This document shows, in pieces, positions 10,305 to 20,291 of a stretch of DNA of 62,871 bases. Source of the DNA: an uncultured bacterium (GTDB lineage Bacteria; Schekmanbacteria; GWA2-38-11; J061); assembly GCA_964549305.1 (NCBI GenBank), contig CAZJVM010000006.1, forward strand, positions 10,201-73,071, read 5' to 3'. The notes under the pieces are model-generated. The model was given only the letters and a program-made list of their open reading frames with translations. It was not told the origin of the DNA and did no database searches. Within the stretch, counting starts at the first letter, position 1, and every line of letters begins with the position of its first letter. Both the position numbers and the translations under genes were made by a program.

Positions 10305-11096
10305 ATGGCTAAAATAATAAATAATTTTAAGACACCTTTTAACAGATTGAACGAAGACATTCAGGCTATTCATACTGAACGTGCTCAGAGCAATAACAAC
10401 AAGAAGCTCAAAAATATGTCCCGTGAAGAAGCATTGAAGGAGTTTGAGTCTCTTTTTGTTTTTTATATGCTCAAGGAAATGAACAAAAGCGGCAACAATA
10501 AGGGATTATTTGGAAAAGGATTCGGAAACGAATATTTCAGCGACATGTTTAACCAGGAAATATCCAGGTCGCTATCTAAATCAGGAGGCATAGGAATAGC
10601 GGATTTTATTGAAAAAGCGGCCGAGACAAAAGTTATCAAAGGAAAAAATGGCTTTAAAGATTTTTCTCTTTCCACGCCTCTTTTCCCCAAGAAAAAAGAA
10701 ACTGCTAAATCAATTCATCAAATAGTCAACAAAGGAATAGTATCTTCGCATTTCGGCATCAGAACAGATCCATTGACAGGAGATAGAAGGTTTCACGATG
10801 GAATTGACATTGCATGCAGAGAGGGAACTAAAGTTTATCCTTTTTTGCCAGGGAAGGTTGTATTTAGCGGTGAAAAAAGGGGATACGGAAATGTGGTAAT
10901 TATTGAACACAATAATGGCATGAAATCATATTATGCTCATAACAAAATTAATTTCGCAAAAGAAGGTGATGTTATTGACGGGTCGTTTCCGATTGCTCTG
11001 TCAGGCAACACCGGGCGCTCCACGGGACCTCATCTTCACTTTGAAATCCGGGCAGGAGACAAGCCGCAAAACCCTGAAAAATATATTAAAACTTAG
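10305..11096 (+). CDS. flgJ: FlgJ rod-binding domain fused to M23 peptidase
   Basis: EFESLFVFYMLKEM...GGIGIA; M23 motifs FHDGID and TGPHLHFE. Confidence 0.85.
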   Translation: MAKIINNFKTPFNRLNEDIQAIHTERAQSNNNKKLKNMSREEALKEFESLFVFYMLKEMNKSGNNKGLFGKGFGNEYFSDMFNQEISRSLSKSGGIGIADFIEKAAETKVIKGKNGFKDFSLSTPLFPKKKETAKSIHQIVNKGIVSSHFGIRTDPLTGDRRFHDGIDIACREGTKVYPFLPGKVVFSGEKRGYGNVVIIEHNNGMKSYYAHNKINFAKEGDVIDGSFPIALSGNTGRSTGPHLHFEIRAGDKPQNPEKYIKT

Positions 11097-11106
11097 TAAA
11101 AAATGT

Positions 11107-11133
11107 TAACATAATCCTTCTTTATTCCGATAA
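11107..11133 (+). promoter_or_regulatory. sigma28 (FliA) promoter of flgM
   Basis: TAAC-N15-TCCGATAA. Confidence 0.75.
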
Positions 11134-11168
11134 TGTAACAAACTTTTATCTCGGAAGGAGAAGGAAAA

Positions 11169-11474
11169 ATGAAAATAGAAGATAAAAAAGCGTTAATAAA
11201 TCAAATAGTAGATTTTAATGCTAATAAAACAGAGAAAAAAAATGTTGCACAAACAGCTAACAAAAATGATTCAGATGTAAAAGTAAAAATATCATCTGAA
11301 GGCTCCAAGCTTTCTGAGTATATTCAAATTGTTAAAGACATTAAGAATGAAAGAACAGAAAAAGTACAGAATCTGAAAAACAGCATTAACGAAGGCACAT
11401 ACAAAATAGATTCAGAGAAAATAGCGGATAAAATACTCAAAGACGCACTTGGGGATATCATTAAAGAAGAGTAA
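11169..11474 (+). CDS. flgM: Anti-sigma28 factor FlgM
   Basis: RTEKVQNLKNSINEGTYKIDSEKIADKIL. Confidence 0.92.
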   Translation: MKIEDKKALINQIVDFNANKTEKKNVAQTANKNDSDVKVKISSEGSKLSEYIQIVKDIKNERTEKVQNLKNSINEGTYKIDSEKIADKILKDALGDIIKEE

Positions 11475-11480
11475 TTAATT

Positions 11481-11990
11481 ATGAAAAACGAGCTTGAAAT
11501 TTTCACGAACTTCGCAAACACACTTGATGAAATAACTTCAGTTTATGAAGAATTTTTCAATTCCTTAAAAAAACTCACAAATGCATTAAAAAGTTCCCCT
11601 CCTGAAAATTTCACAGAAACACATAAACAGCTCGAAACAATAATTTTAAAAATACGCCTTCTAGAAGAAATCAGGTTAAAGCAGGTAAAAGTCATCTCCG
11701 ATCATACGGGGATAGAAGAAGAATCTCTCACTCTTTCAGCTTTGGTGGATATTGCCCCTTCACCAGTCAATCAGCGTTTTAATGATATCAAAACAAGATT
11801 AAGCAGCATTATAAACAATGTTGCGAACTCTACTAAATATACAAAAAACTTGCTTGAAAGTTCCATAGTAACAATTGAAAACACTGTAAATTTTATTAAG
11901 TCAATATGTACAGCTAATCCGGTTTATTTAAAATCGGGGCAAATTGAAACGCCTCATTCTCAGGCGTCTTTTTTTGCGCAAAAGGTATAA
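11481..11990 (+). CDS. flgN: Export chaperone FlgN
   Basis: Helical protein between flgM and flgK. Confidence 0.75.
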   Translation: MKNELEIFTNFANTLDEITSVYEEFFNSLKKLTNALKSSPPENFTETHKQLETIILKIRLLEEIRLKQVKVISDHTGIEEESLTLSALVDIAPSPVNQRFNDIKTRLSSIINNVANSTKYTKNLLESSIVTIENTVNFIKSICTANPVYLKSGQIETPHSQASFFAQKV

Positions 11991-11993
11991 ATT

Positions 11994-13667
11994 ATGCCGG
12001 GAATAATTTCTATACTTGACCTAGCGAAAAAATCTCTGCTTGTTAATCAAGCGGCAATGAACGTAACAGGCAATAATATTGCCAATGTTAACAGCAAAGG
12101 TTACAACAGGCAGGAGGCAATACTTTCTCCTACCGAATCATATACTTATGGTGGAAACTATTTCGGCTCAGGTGTAGATTTAAAAGACGTAAGAAGGGTT
12201 TATGACAAGTATCTTACTAATCAGCTAAACCTTGAGACATCTACACTTGGACGATATGAAGAAAAAAGAAGCACTCTTGAAAGACTTGAATCTCTCCTTG
12301 CTTCATCAGATGAAAACGGACTGGGAACCGCAATCACTGATTTTTTTAATTCTCTTCAGGAATTAGCCAACGATCCTTCAAGTTCATCGACGCGTTCCGT
12401 TGTACTTTCCGAGGCTACATATCTTGGGGATATTTTTCACAGCATTGATACCGAATTCCAAAACATCGAAAAAAATATAGATTTTACGGCAAATGGAGTC
12501 CTTGACGAAATAAACAGTATTGCCGAAAGAATTGCCAAACTAAATGAAGAAATAGCAAGTATTGAATCTTCCGGGATTAAAGCCAATGATTTGCGCGATG
12601 ACAGAGACCTTCTTATAAATGATTTATCATCTAAAATCGACATAACATATTTTGAAGATGACTCGGGACAACTAACCATAATGCTTAACGGAGGGAAAGC
12701 ATTAGTAAACAGGACAACCTACTGGTCATTAAAAACAGAACCGGATTACTCGAACGAAAACCTTCTTACAGTAAAATATATAGGTAACGGAAATGTGGAA
12801 ACTGATATTACAGATAAGATTCAGGCAGGGAAACTAAAGGGACTTCTGGACATAAGAAACGGCTCCCTCAAAGAATATGAATCAAAAATGGATACACTTG
12901 CCTATTCCATAATTAATGAAATAAACATTCTTCACAAAGCAGGAACAGGAATTGACGGTTCAACGGGAAATGAGTTTTTCAATGAAATTTCCCCTTCCGG
13001 ATTTGAAGCGAGAAGCAATAAAGGCAGTGGAAACTTTACATCCGTTCAGGTTTTATCACCGTCATCACTTACTTATGATAATTATGAAATAATATTCACT
13101 TCTTCTTCCACTTTTGACATTTACAATTCAACAACTGAGCAGTACCTTTCTACAGGAAACAGCTACTCTTCGGGAAGCAATATTGATTTTGAAGGTTTGC
13201 GGGCAGTTATTACGGATTCAGGAGGTACTCCGAGTTCGGGCGACAAATTTTATATAGTTCCGGGAAAAGGAGCCGCAGAAAATATAGACATCAACTCCGC
13301 TTTAATTGCCGACACCAATAAAATTGCCGCAGGGTTGACATCGGCTCCGGGAGATAATGACAATGCCTTAAATATGTCTGAACTTCAGTTCTCGTCTATT
13401 CTCGATTCGAAAAATTCAACATTTGAAGAATATTACGGAAATATTCTTTCCGATCTGGGAAACGATGTTCTTCTCGCTACTGATGAACATAATACACAGG
13501 AAGGGTTGGTCTCTGTCCTCAATGAGCGAATAGATTCCAATTCCGGAGTTTCTCTCGATGAAGAATTGGGCAATCTCTTAAAATATCAGCACAGTTATCA
13601 GGCTTCAGCAAAGTTAATTTCAGTAGCAAGTGATTTGCTAGATACGCTTGTAAACCTTATACGATAA
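11994..13667 (+). CDS. flgK: Hook-associated protein FlgK
   Basis: GNNIANVNSKGYNRQ; SGVSLDEELGNLLKYQHSYQASAK. Confidence 0.95.
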   Translation: MPGIISILDLAKKSLLVNQAAMNVTGNNIANVNSKGYNRQEAILSPTESYTYGGNYFGSGVDLKDVRRVYDKYLTNQLNLETSTLGRYEEKRSTLERLESLLASSDENGLGTAITDFFNSLQELANDPSSSSTRSVVLSEATYLGDIFHSIDTEFQNIEKNIDFTANGVLDEINSIAERIAKLNEEIASIESSGIKANDLRDDRDLLINDLSSKIDITYFEDDSGQLTIMLNGGKALVNRTTYWSLKTEPDYSNENLLTVKYIGNGNVETDITDKIQAGKLKGLLDIRNGSLKEYESKMDTLAYSIINEINILHKAGTGIDGSTGNEFFNEISPSGFEARSNKGSGNFTSVQVLSPSSLTYDNYEIIFTSSSTFDIYNSTTEQYLSTGNSYSSGSNIDFEGLRAVITDSGGTPSSGDKFYIVPGKGAAENIDINSALIADTNKIAAGLTSAPGDNDNALNMSELQFSSILDSKNSTFEEYYGNILSDLGNDVLLATDEHNTQEGLVSVLNERIDSNSGVSLDEELGNLLKYQHSYQASAKLISVASDLLDTLVNLIR

Positions 13668-13678
13668 AGATAAAGGAT

Positions 13679-14563
13679 ATGAGAGTAACATACAAAATGC
13701 TGCTTAGCAGTTTAATCAACAACATCGGCAATATAACAGAAAGAATGAACAACCTTGAAAAACAGTCGGCAACCGGAAAAAGGATAAACAAACCCTCCGA
13801 TGACCCGGCATCATATAATAAATCTCTTAATTTTAAATCTTTGAAAAAATCAATGACGCAGTTTGAAAAAAACCTATCATCTGCAAAGGACTGGCTTTCC
13901 ACCACTGATTCTGCGCTCGGGTCCGCCGATGACCTCTTAATAAGAGCAAAAGAAATTGCACTTGCCTCTTCAAACGACACAGTTGACCCACAACAAAGAA
14001 AAACCGCAGCAATTGAAATATCAGGTATTTATGACCAAATTGTTCAGGTCGCAAATACAAAACTTGGATCAAAATATATTTTTTCCGGCACAAATGTTCT
14101 TACAGAGTCATTTCAGTCTGACGGCACTTACACGGGAAATTCTAAAGATATTGATATTGAAATAGACATTAAAAAAAGAATGACTGTCAATTTTTCGGGT
14201 GAAGACATATTTAAAGGAACTTCCGGAGGTGAAGATATATTTGATGTTTTGACTGACCTTAAAACTGCCCTGGAAACCGATAATGGAGATGGTATTAGGT
14301 CTCAAATCGGTAGAATAGATGATTCAATCAATCAGATACTTGATTACAGGGCAAACACCGGAGCAAAAGTCAATCAAATTGATAGAACAAAAGAATGGTT
14401 TGACAATTCAAAATCAAGACTTGATGTGTTAATATCAGATAATGAGGATGCAGACTTAATCGAAGTAATTACAAAACTTGCAAAGGAACAATCGGCATAT
14501 CAGGCAACTCTTGCAACTACATCAAAAATTATGTCTAATTCATTAACGCAATTCTTAAAATAA
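13679..14563 (+). CDS. flgL: Hook-associated protein FlgL
   Basis: MRVT, ATGKRINKPSDDP, KYIFSG, ends SLTQFLK. Confidence 0.93.
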   Translation: MRVTYKMLLSSLINNIGNITERMNNLEKQSATGKRINKPSDDPASYNKSLNFKSLKKSMTQFEKNLSSAKDWLSTTDSALGSADDLLIRAKEIALASSNDTVDPQQRKTAAIEISGIYDQIVQVANTKLGSKYIFSGTNVLTESFQSDGTYTGNSKDIDIEIDIKKRMTVNFSGEDIFKGTSGGEDIFDVLTDLKTALETDNGDGIRSQIGRIDDSINQILDYRANTGAKVNQIDRTKEWFDNSKSRLDVLISDNEDADLIEVITKLAKEQSAYQATLATTSKIMSNSLTQFLK

Positions 14564-14594
14564 TTATTATTTTTACCAGGGAAGGTAAAAAAAT

Positions 14595-14831
14595 ATGCTT
14601 ATCATTACCAGGAGGGTAGATGAAGCGATTATCATAGACAACAACACGGAAATTAACATTCTCGAGATTAAAGGAAAACAGATTAAAATCGGTATTAACG
14701 CTCCTGAAGATATTTCAATTTACAGGAAAGAAATATATTTGAAAATCGTTGAAGAAAACAAACGTGCCGCAACATCGAAAACAACTGATTTGGATGGTTT
14801 TCAGTCATTCTGGAAAACAACAAAAAAATAA
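14595..14831 (+). CDS. csrA: Carbon storage regulator CsrA
   Basis: MLIITRRVDEAIII...IGINAPEDISIYRKEIY. Confidence 0.95.
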   Translation: MLIITRRVDEAIIIDNNTEINILEIKGKQIKIGINAPEDISIYRKEIYLKIVEENKRAATSKTTDLDGFQSFWKTTKK

Positions 14832-14843
14832 CTATAAATTATT

Positions 14844-15269
14844 ATGAAAATAGAAACAGAAAAATTCGGTACTATTGATTTTGAAGATGAAGATATCATA
14901 AAGTTCGAACAGGGGATAATAGGATTTCCCGAATTATGCAATTTCATCATCATTACACCGGAAGGTGATACGCCTTTTAAATGGTTGCTGTCTCTTGACT
15001 GCGTCGACATAACATTTGTAATTGTCAATCCGCGACTTATAGTTCCGGATTACGAAATTCAATTACACAAAAGCATTCTTAAAAGCATTAACGCGGAATC
15101 ATTGGAAAACATAGAGTTGTTTTCAATTATTACAATTCCGGAAAACCCTAAGGAAATGACTATAAATCTCATTGGACCAATAATTATCAATTCAAAAGAA
15201 CGTTCTGCAAAGCAAATAGTATTGGATAAATCTTCTTACAGCACAAAACATCGCGTAATCACTAATTAA
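14844..15269 (+). CDS. fliW: Flagellar assembly factor FliW
   Basis: KFGTI, FEQGIIGF, PFKWLLS, MTINLIGPIIIN. Confidence 0.93.
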   Translation: MKIETEKFGTIDFEDEDIIKFEQGIIGFPELCNFIIITPEGDTPFKWLLSLDCVDITFVIVNPRLIVPDYEIQLHKSILKSINAESLENIELFSIITIPENPKEMTINLIGPIIINSKERSAKQIVLDKSSYSTKHRVITN

Positions 15270-15324
15270 AATAAAAACATAATTTAAAATTATTTTTTTT
15301 TAACACATACAAAACAATTCCCAT

Positions 15325-15867
15325 ATGGAAACTGATGAAAGAAGAAAATATTTTAGAGTTCAAACTATACTTCCCTTTAAATTCAAAAAATTCGACGAGT
15401 GTTCTCCGGAAGCAGTACAAACAAGAAATACGAATATATCATTTAGAGCTTCTTCTTCAAACTTTGATATAACTGAAAACAATCTTCCTTCACTCTTTGA
15501 CAAAGAAATTTTTCCATATCTTAAAAGAATCGATGAAAAGCTAACTTTTATAATAAAAGCGCTTGATCTCAAAGGAGGTGAAGAATTTTGCCCGGGAGAT
15601 TCAACGGAAATTATATTGAGCGCAAATGGCTTAAGTTTTCCTTCTGAATCGAATTTAGAGAAAAGCGAATTGTTAAGCATAGAGATTGATCTTCCCGGTC
15701 AAATATCTTCTCATCTTATTCTGAAAGGAAAAGTCATCAGCTGTAAAAAAATATCAAAAGACCTTTATAATGTTTCAGTAACATTCATTGACATCCATCC
15801 CCCGGAAGAGGAAAAAATAGTAAAATATACCCTCGCCCGCCAAAGAGAATCCATTAAAAAGCATTAA
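15325..15867 (+). CDS. PilZ domain protein
   Basis: ERRKYFRV (RxxxR), ILSANGLSF, C-terminal VTFIDI...KIVKY. Confidence 0.75.
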   Translation: METDERRKYFRVQTILPFKFKKFDECSPEAVQTRNTNISFRASSSNFDITENNLPSLFDKEIFPYLKRIDEKLTFIIKALDLKGGEEFCPGDSTEIILSANGLSFPSESNLEKSELLSIEIDLPGQISSHLILKGKVISCKKISKDLYNVSVTFIDIHPPEEEKIVKYTLARQRESIKKH

Positions 15868-15899
15868 GTACAATCCTCAAAAAAAAATTAAAAATGATT

Positions 15900-15926
15900 T
15901 AAAGAATTTCATCTTCTTACCGAAAT
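15900..15926 (+). promoter_or_regulatory. sigma28 promoter of flagellin
   Basis: TAAA-N15-ACCGAAAT. Confidence 0.75.
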
Positions 15927-15989
15927 AAAGATGTAACTATGCATTTGAAAGGAGGTGAAAGTAACAAATCAAAAGCTTTTAAGAACCAC

Positions 15990-16013
15990 AGTTAAGGTAA
16001 GGATACTTTAACT
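15990..16013 (+). promoter_or_regulatory. CsrA-type hairpin (AGGA loop) in flagellin 5' UTR
   Basis: AGTTAAGGTA-AGGA-TACTTTAACT, 10-bp stem with one G:U. Confidence 0.7.
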
Positions 16014-16053
16014 AAAAAGCTATTTATAATAGCAAATCCAAGGAGGAAAGAAT

Positions 16054-16905
16054 ATGGCTTTACGAGTCAACACAAACATCGCGTCGATTAACTCACAAAG
16101 AAACCTATCGGTATCAACCAACAGGTTAAACAAATCTCTTGAAAAAATCTCTTCCGGTTTAAGAATCAACAGGGCAGCCGATGACCCTGCCGGCCTCGCA
16201 GTTTCCGAAAAATTGAGAGCGCAGGTAAAAGGTTTCGGCCAGGCAGTAAGAAACGCCAATGATGCTGTTAGTCTTGTACAGACAGCAGAAGGTGCTCTTG
16301 GTGAAGTTAATAACATTCTCACCCGTATGAAAGAGATTGCCACTCAGTCCGCCAACGGAACACTGAGCCAGACTGACAGAAACAATCTGGACAAGGAATT
16401 TCAGGCACTTGCAAGCGAAATCACAAGGATTTCGAATGTTACCGAGTTTAACGGAACCAATCTTATTAACGGCGATATTTCTGCATCATCTACAGCAATG
16501 ACATTCCAGATAGGCATTGACAATACAGGAAATGACAGGTTATCGCTTCAGATGAATGATCTCGATGCTTCCGCGCTCAAACTCGGAGATAGCTCAGGCT
16601 CAACAACAACTATAAGCACCGTAGGGACGGCACAGTCGGCACTTGACGATATTGATAGTGCTATTAATGTCGTAACCACCAACAGAGGTACTCTTGGCGC
16701 TCTGCAGAACAGACTTGAATCAACAATCAACAACCTGATGGTAAGCTCTGAAAACGCATCTGCCGCACAGTCCCGAATCAGAGACGTAGATTTCGCAACA
16801 GAAACAGCAAACTATGTGAAACAGCAGATACTTGTTCAGGCAGGCACATCAATTCTGTCGCAGGCGAATATGGCACCTCAGGCAGCATTAAGCCTCTTGG
16901 GCTAG
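16054..16905 (+). CDS. fliC: Flagellin (short, 283 aa)
   Basis: MALRVNTN, SSGLRINRAADDPAGLA, SRIRDVDFATE, ALSLLG. Confidence 0.98.
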   Translation: MALRVNTNIASINSQRNLSVSTNRLNKSLEKISSGLRINRAADDPAGLAVSEKLRAQVKGFGQAVRNANDAVSLVQTAEGALGEVNNILTRMKEIATQSANGTLSQTDRNNLDKEFQALASEITRISNVTEFNGTNLINGDISASSTAMTFQIGIDNTGNDRLSLQMNDLDASALKLGDSSGSTTTISTVGTAQSALDDIDSAINVVTTNRGTLGALQNRLESTINNLMVSSENASAAQSRIRDVDFATETANYVKQQILVQAGTSILSQANMAPQAALSLLG

Positions 16906-16939
16906 GAACAACATTAGCAATCTCACTAATTTGACGAAC

Positions 16940-16967
16940 GAGAGCCCTCTTTAAAAAGGGGGCTCTC
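16940..16967 (+). terminator. Hairpin after flagellin (terminator or mRNA stabiliser)
   Basis: GAGAGCCCTCTTT/AAAGGGGGCTCTC stem; no clear U-tract. Confidence 0.55.
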
Positions 16968-17001
16968 CAAGTCAGCCAAAAAAACTATAAGGAAGAGATA
17001 A

Positions 17002-19200
17002 ATGTCAGGTATTTCAGTGGGTGGTTTGGCATCGGGAATCGACTTCAATAATATTATAGATCAGCTTGTTAAAGTCGAACAACAACCGCTAAAGATGTAT
17101 GAAGACAGAAAAAGCGGATATCAGGAAAAAATTGATTCTCTTAATTCAGTTAACAGTGCCCTCGCATCTCTTCTTACCAAAAGCCAAACATTAAATACAA
17201 GCTCTCAGTTTAACCTTAAGTCGGTTTCAGTAAGCGATACAGACATTTTAACTGCCTCTGCTTCAAGTTCTGCAGAAACCGGAAACTATACCGCAGAGGT
17301 TCTTCAAACGGCATCATCCCATAAAATAGCGTCACAAGGCGTAAATGATATAAATGCTACAAGTATAAGTTCTTCATCAGGAAACTTCAGTTTTAAAGTT
17401 GGCTCCGGTTCGACAACGGACATAGCGGTAACAACCACCACAACCCTTCAGCAATTAAAAGACGCAATTAATAGCAGTAGCTCCGGTGTAACGGCAAGTA
17501 TTGTCAATGACGGTTCATCCACCAACCCATATCGCCTTACATTATCCACTAATTCTACCGGAGAAGATAATAATATTACAATTTCTACCAATGTTACGAG
17601 CCTTGATTTTTCCAATAAATCCATTGAAAGCACATATTCGGACACAAATAACACTTTTGACGGAACCGCCACTTCCTCAGGCACTTATACGGGAACAGGC
17701 AGTAAAACCTATATTGTAGAAATTACAACAGCAGGAGCAGTCGGCGCGGCACAATACAAAGTTTCCGATGACGGAGGAGCGACCTGGTCATCGGATAATG
17801 CTTTTACAACAAGCACTTCTGCCACATCTATTTATAATTCAAGCGATGAAGGCGTAGATATTACTTTTGCCGCAGGAACCGCTAATCTTGCAACAGGAGA
17901 CAGATTTGAAATAGATGTCTTCGATCCCACTCTTGAGTCAGCACAGGACGCAATAGTTAAAGTAAACAACATCAATTTCAGGAAATCTTCGAACACTGTA
18001 AGCGATATTATTCCGGGAGTAACGCTGGAGCTCAAATCAACAACATCAAGCACGCCGATTACCCTTTCGGTATCAAAAGACACTTCAACGGTAAAGGACA
18101 ATATCAGCGATTTCGTGAAAGAATACAATTCAGTTATGACACTAATTAACGATCAAACTGCCTACGATTCAAATATCGATGAAGCTGGTACATTGCTTGG
18201 AAATTCATCAGTAAGAAATGCGGAATCATATTTGAAAAGAATCATCAGCAATAATATCCCCGGATTAAGCGATACTTATACAACACTTTCCCAAATAGGA
18301 ATTTCAACGCAGGATGACGGCACACTTGAAATTGATAGCGATAAACTCTCTGATGCTCTTGATGACTACTATGATAATGTTGAAAAGCTCTTTGTGAAAC
18401 AAGGTTCTACAACCAACAGCGAAATTGAATATTCTACTATGTCTGACAAAACAGTAGGAGGAACTTATGCAGTAAGTATATCTCAGGTCCCACAGCAGGC
18501 AGTTGTTAACGGAACACAGGCAATTCAAAGTTCCGGACTTTCTACAGATGAAACTCTTACATTCAATTACAGCGGAACTGACTACACGGTTAATCTTACC
18601 GCAGGTGATAAAATAGACACCGTTGTAGAGAAAATAAATACTCAGCTTTCAAATCAGTCTGTTTCAATTTCCGCGGCAAACAACAGCGGAGTTTTAAAAC
18701 TTTACTCTCAGGAATATGGGACGGGAATTTCATTTACGGTAACCTCAGATGTTGCAGACAGTTCCGCATCAACAGGAATCGGCACAAGTGGAAAATCAGA
18801 TTCCGGACAGGATGTAATAGGAACAATAAACGGTCACACTGCAACCGCCGTAGGAAACAGCCTTACCGGAGCAGATGATTACGATGAAGAAGGTCTGCAA
18901 ATTCTTGTCTATTCTACAAGCACAGGCTCAAAAGGAGATGTTACCGTTTCTCTCGGAGTTGCAGAGCAGATGATTAGAAAACTCGACTTTATAACAGACT
19001 CGACTGATGGAACAATTCAGGCAAGCATAGACAGTTATCAGGATTCAATCGATAAAATTGACGAAACAATAGATAAAAAAAATGCATCGATAGACAAACT
19101 CGAAGAAAGACTGGCAAAGCAATTTACGGCTATGGAAAGCATTATATCCAGTTTAAATACACAGGATCAGGCATTATCAAGTTTTCTTGCTAAAATATAA
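17002..19200 (+). CDS. fliD: Filament cap FliD (long, 732 aa)
   Basis: GLASGIDFNNIIDQL; SSNTVSDIIPGVTLEL; RLAKQFTAMESIISSLN. Confidence 0.95.
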   Translation: MSGISVGGLASGIDFNNIIDQLVKVEQQPLKMYEDRKSGYQEKIDSLNSVNSALASLLTKSQTLNTSSQFNLKSVSVSDTDILTASASSSAETGNYTAEVLQTASSHKIASQGVNDINATSISSSSGNFSFKVGSGSTTDIAVTTTTTLQQLKDAINSSSSGVTASIVNDGSSTNPYRLTLSTNSTGEDNNITISTNVTSLDFSNKSIESTYSDTNNTFDGTATSSGTYTGTGSKTYIVEITTAGAVGAAQYKVSDDGGATWSSDNAFTTSTSATSIYNSSDEGVDITFAAGTANLATGDRFEIDVFDPTLESAQDAIVKVNNINFRKSSNTVSDIIPGVTLELKSTTSSTPITLSVSKDTSTVKDNISDFVKEYNSVMTLINDQTAYDSNIDEAGTLLGNSSVRNAESYLKRIISNNIPGLSDTYTTLSQIGISTQDDGTLEIDSDKLSDALDDYYDNVEKLFVKQGSTTNSEIEYSTMSDKTVGGTYAVSISQVPQQAVVNGTQAIQSSGLSTDETLTFNYSGTDYTVNLTAGDKIDTVVEKINTQLSNQSVSISAANNSGVLKLYSQEYGTGISFTVTSDVADSSASTGIGTSGKSDSGQDVIGTINGHTATAVGNSLTGADDYDEEGLQILVYSTSTGSKGDVTVSLGVAEQMIRKLDFITDSTDGTIQASIDSYQDSIDKIDETIDKKNASIDKLEERLAKQFTAMESIISSLNTQDQALSSFLAKI

Positions 19201-19212
19201 TGGAGGAGCAAT

Positions 19213-19656
19213 ATGACTAAATGTTCAACAAACAATCAGTACCGCTCAACACAGGTTTCAACAGCAGACCGTGTAAAAATAATATCACTCTTATATGACG
19301 GAGCGATAAACTTTCTAAATCAGTCTAAGATTAAAATTCAAGAGAGTGACCTTAAATCAAAAGGAATTTATCTCACTAAAGCATCAAGAATCGTTTCGGA
19401 ATTAAACAATGCCCTTAACCCGGAAATAGACAGGGAGTTGACATCTAACATTGAAAGGCTTTACGAGTTCATCAATTTCAAAATACTTGAAGCAAATATG
19501 AAAAACAATCCTGATTTTATTGATGAATCAATCAAAATACTTAAAATGCTCAAAGAAGGGTGGGACGAACTTTCTGCACAGCAGGAAAAAAATCTTAACC
19601 TGAAAAACACTCTTAACAATTCAAGCCAAACAAGTTCTTTAACTTTGACAATATAA
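19213..19656 (+). CDS. fliS: Flagellin chaperone FliS
   Basis: YRSTQVSTA, LLYDGAINFL, NIERLYEF, LKEGW. Confidence 0.93.
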   Translation: MTKCSTNNQYRSTQVSTADRVKIISLLYDGAINFLNQSKIKIQESDLKSKGIYLTKASRIVSELNNALNPEIDRELTSNIERLYEFINFKILEANMKNNPDFIDESIKILKMLKEGWDELSAQQEKNLNLKNTLNNSSQTSSLTLTI

Positions 19657-19670
19657 AAGAGAGATAAATT

Positions 19671-20102
19671 ATGAGCGATAACCGATTAAACCTAATAAGT
19701 CAGAAAGTACAGCTATATCAAAAGATTCAGGATATTGCCTCAGAGGAGCGAAAGGAGGCTGCGCGGAATAATTATACCCGAATTTTATTCCTGCAGGAAA
19801 TGAGACAGCAGATACTTAATCAGATTGAAAAACTTGATAAGTCAACAAATTCAACAATGAGCGCAAAATCTCAGGAAGCAACCGAACCGTCCAAAATTAA
19901 TAAAGAGAACGAGGCACAATCAAAGGTAATAGGATTGATAAAAAATATACTGAAAATAGATGAAGACACACTTAAAGTAGTTAACGCTCACAGAGACGAG
20001 ACTCTCAAGAAAATATCAAATATCGGCGATTCGAAAAAACAGATTCAGGGATACAGTGATAAAAAAACCAAGACCTCTAAAATCATAGATGGATCAATTT
20101 AA
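19671..20102 (+). CDS. FliT-like flagellar protein
   Basis: Helical ORF directly after fliS. Confidence 0.55.
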   Translation: MSDNRLNLISQKVQLYQKIQDIASEERKEAARNNYTRILFLQEMRQQILNQIEKLDKSTNSTMSAKSQEATEPSKINKENEAQSKVIGLIKNILKIDEDTLKVVNAHRDETLKKISNIGDSKKQIQGYSDKKTKTSKIIDGSI

Positions 20103-20240
20103 CCATGTTAACAGGAAAATATTTCCCTTTTGATTTAATCAAATACCCTCCCTTATCTGTACACCTTTCTTTTGTCCAAAAAAACCCTTAATTTTCAATA
20201 TTTTATTTTTTTTTAATTAATTTTTTTCTCCTCACATTTC

Positions 20241-20256
20241 TGGCAAAGAATTTGCA
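20241..20256 (+). promoter_or_regulatory. sigma54 promoter of first glycosylation operon
   Basis: TGGCAA-AGAAT-TTGCA. Confidence 0.8.
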
Positions 20257-20291
20257 TAGATATTTTCGAATATTTGCAAAAAGGAGAAAAA

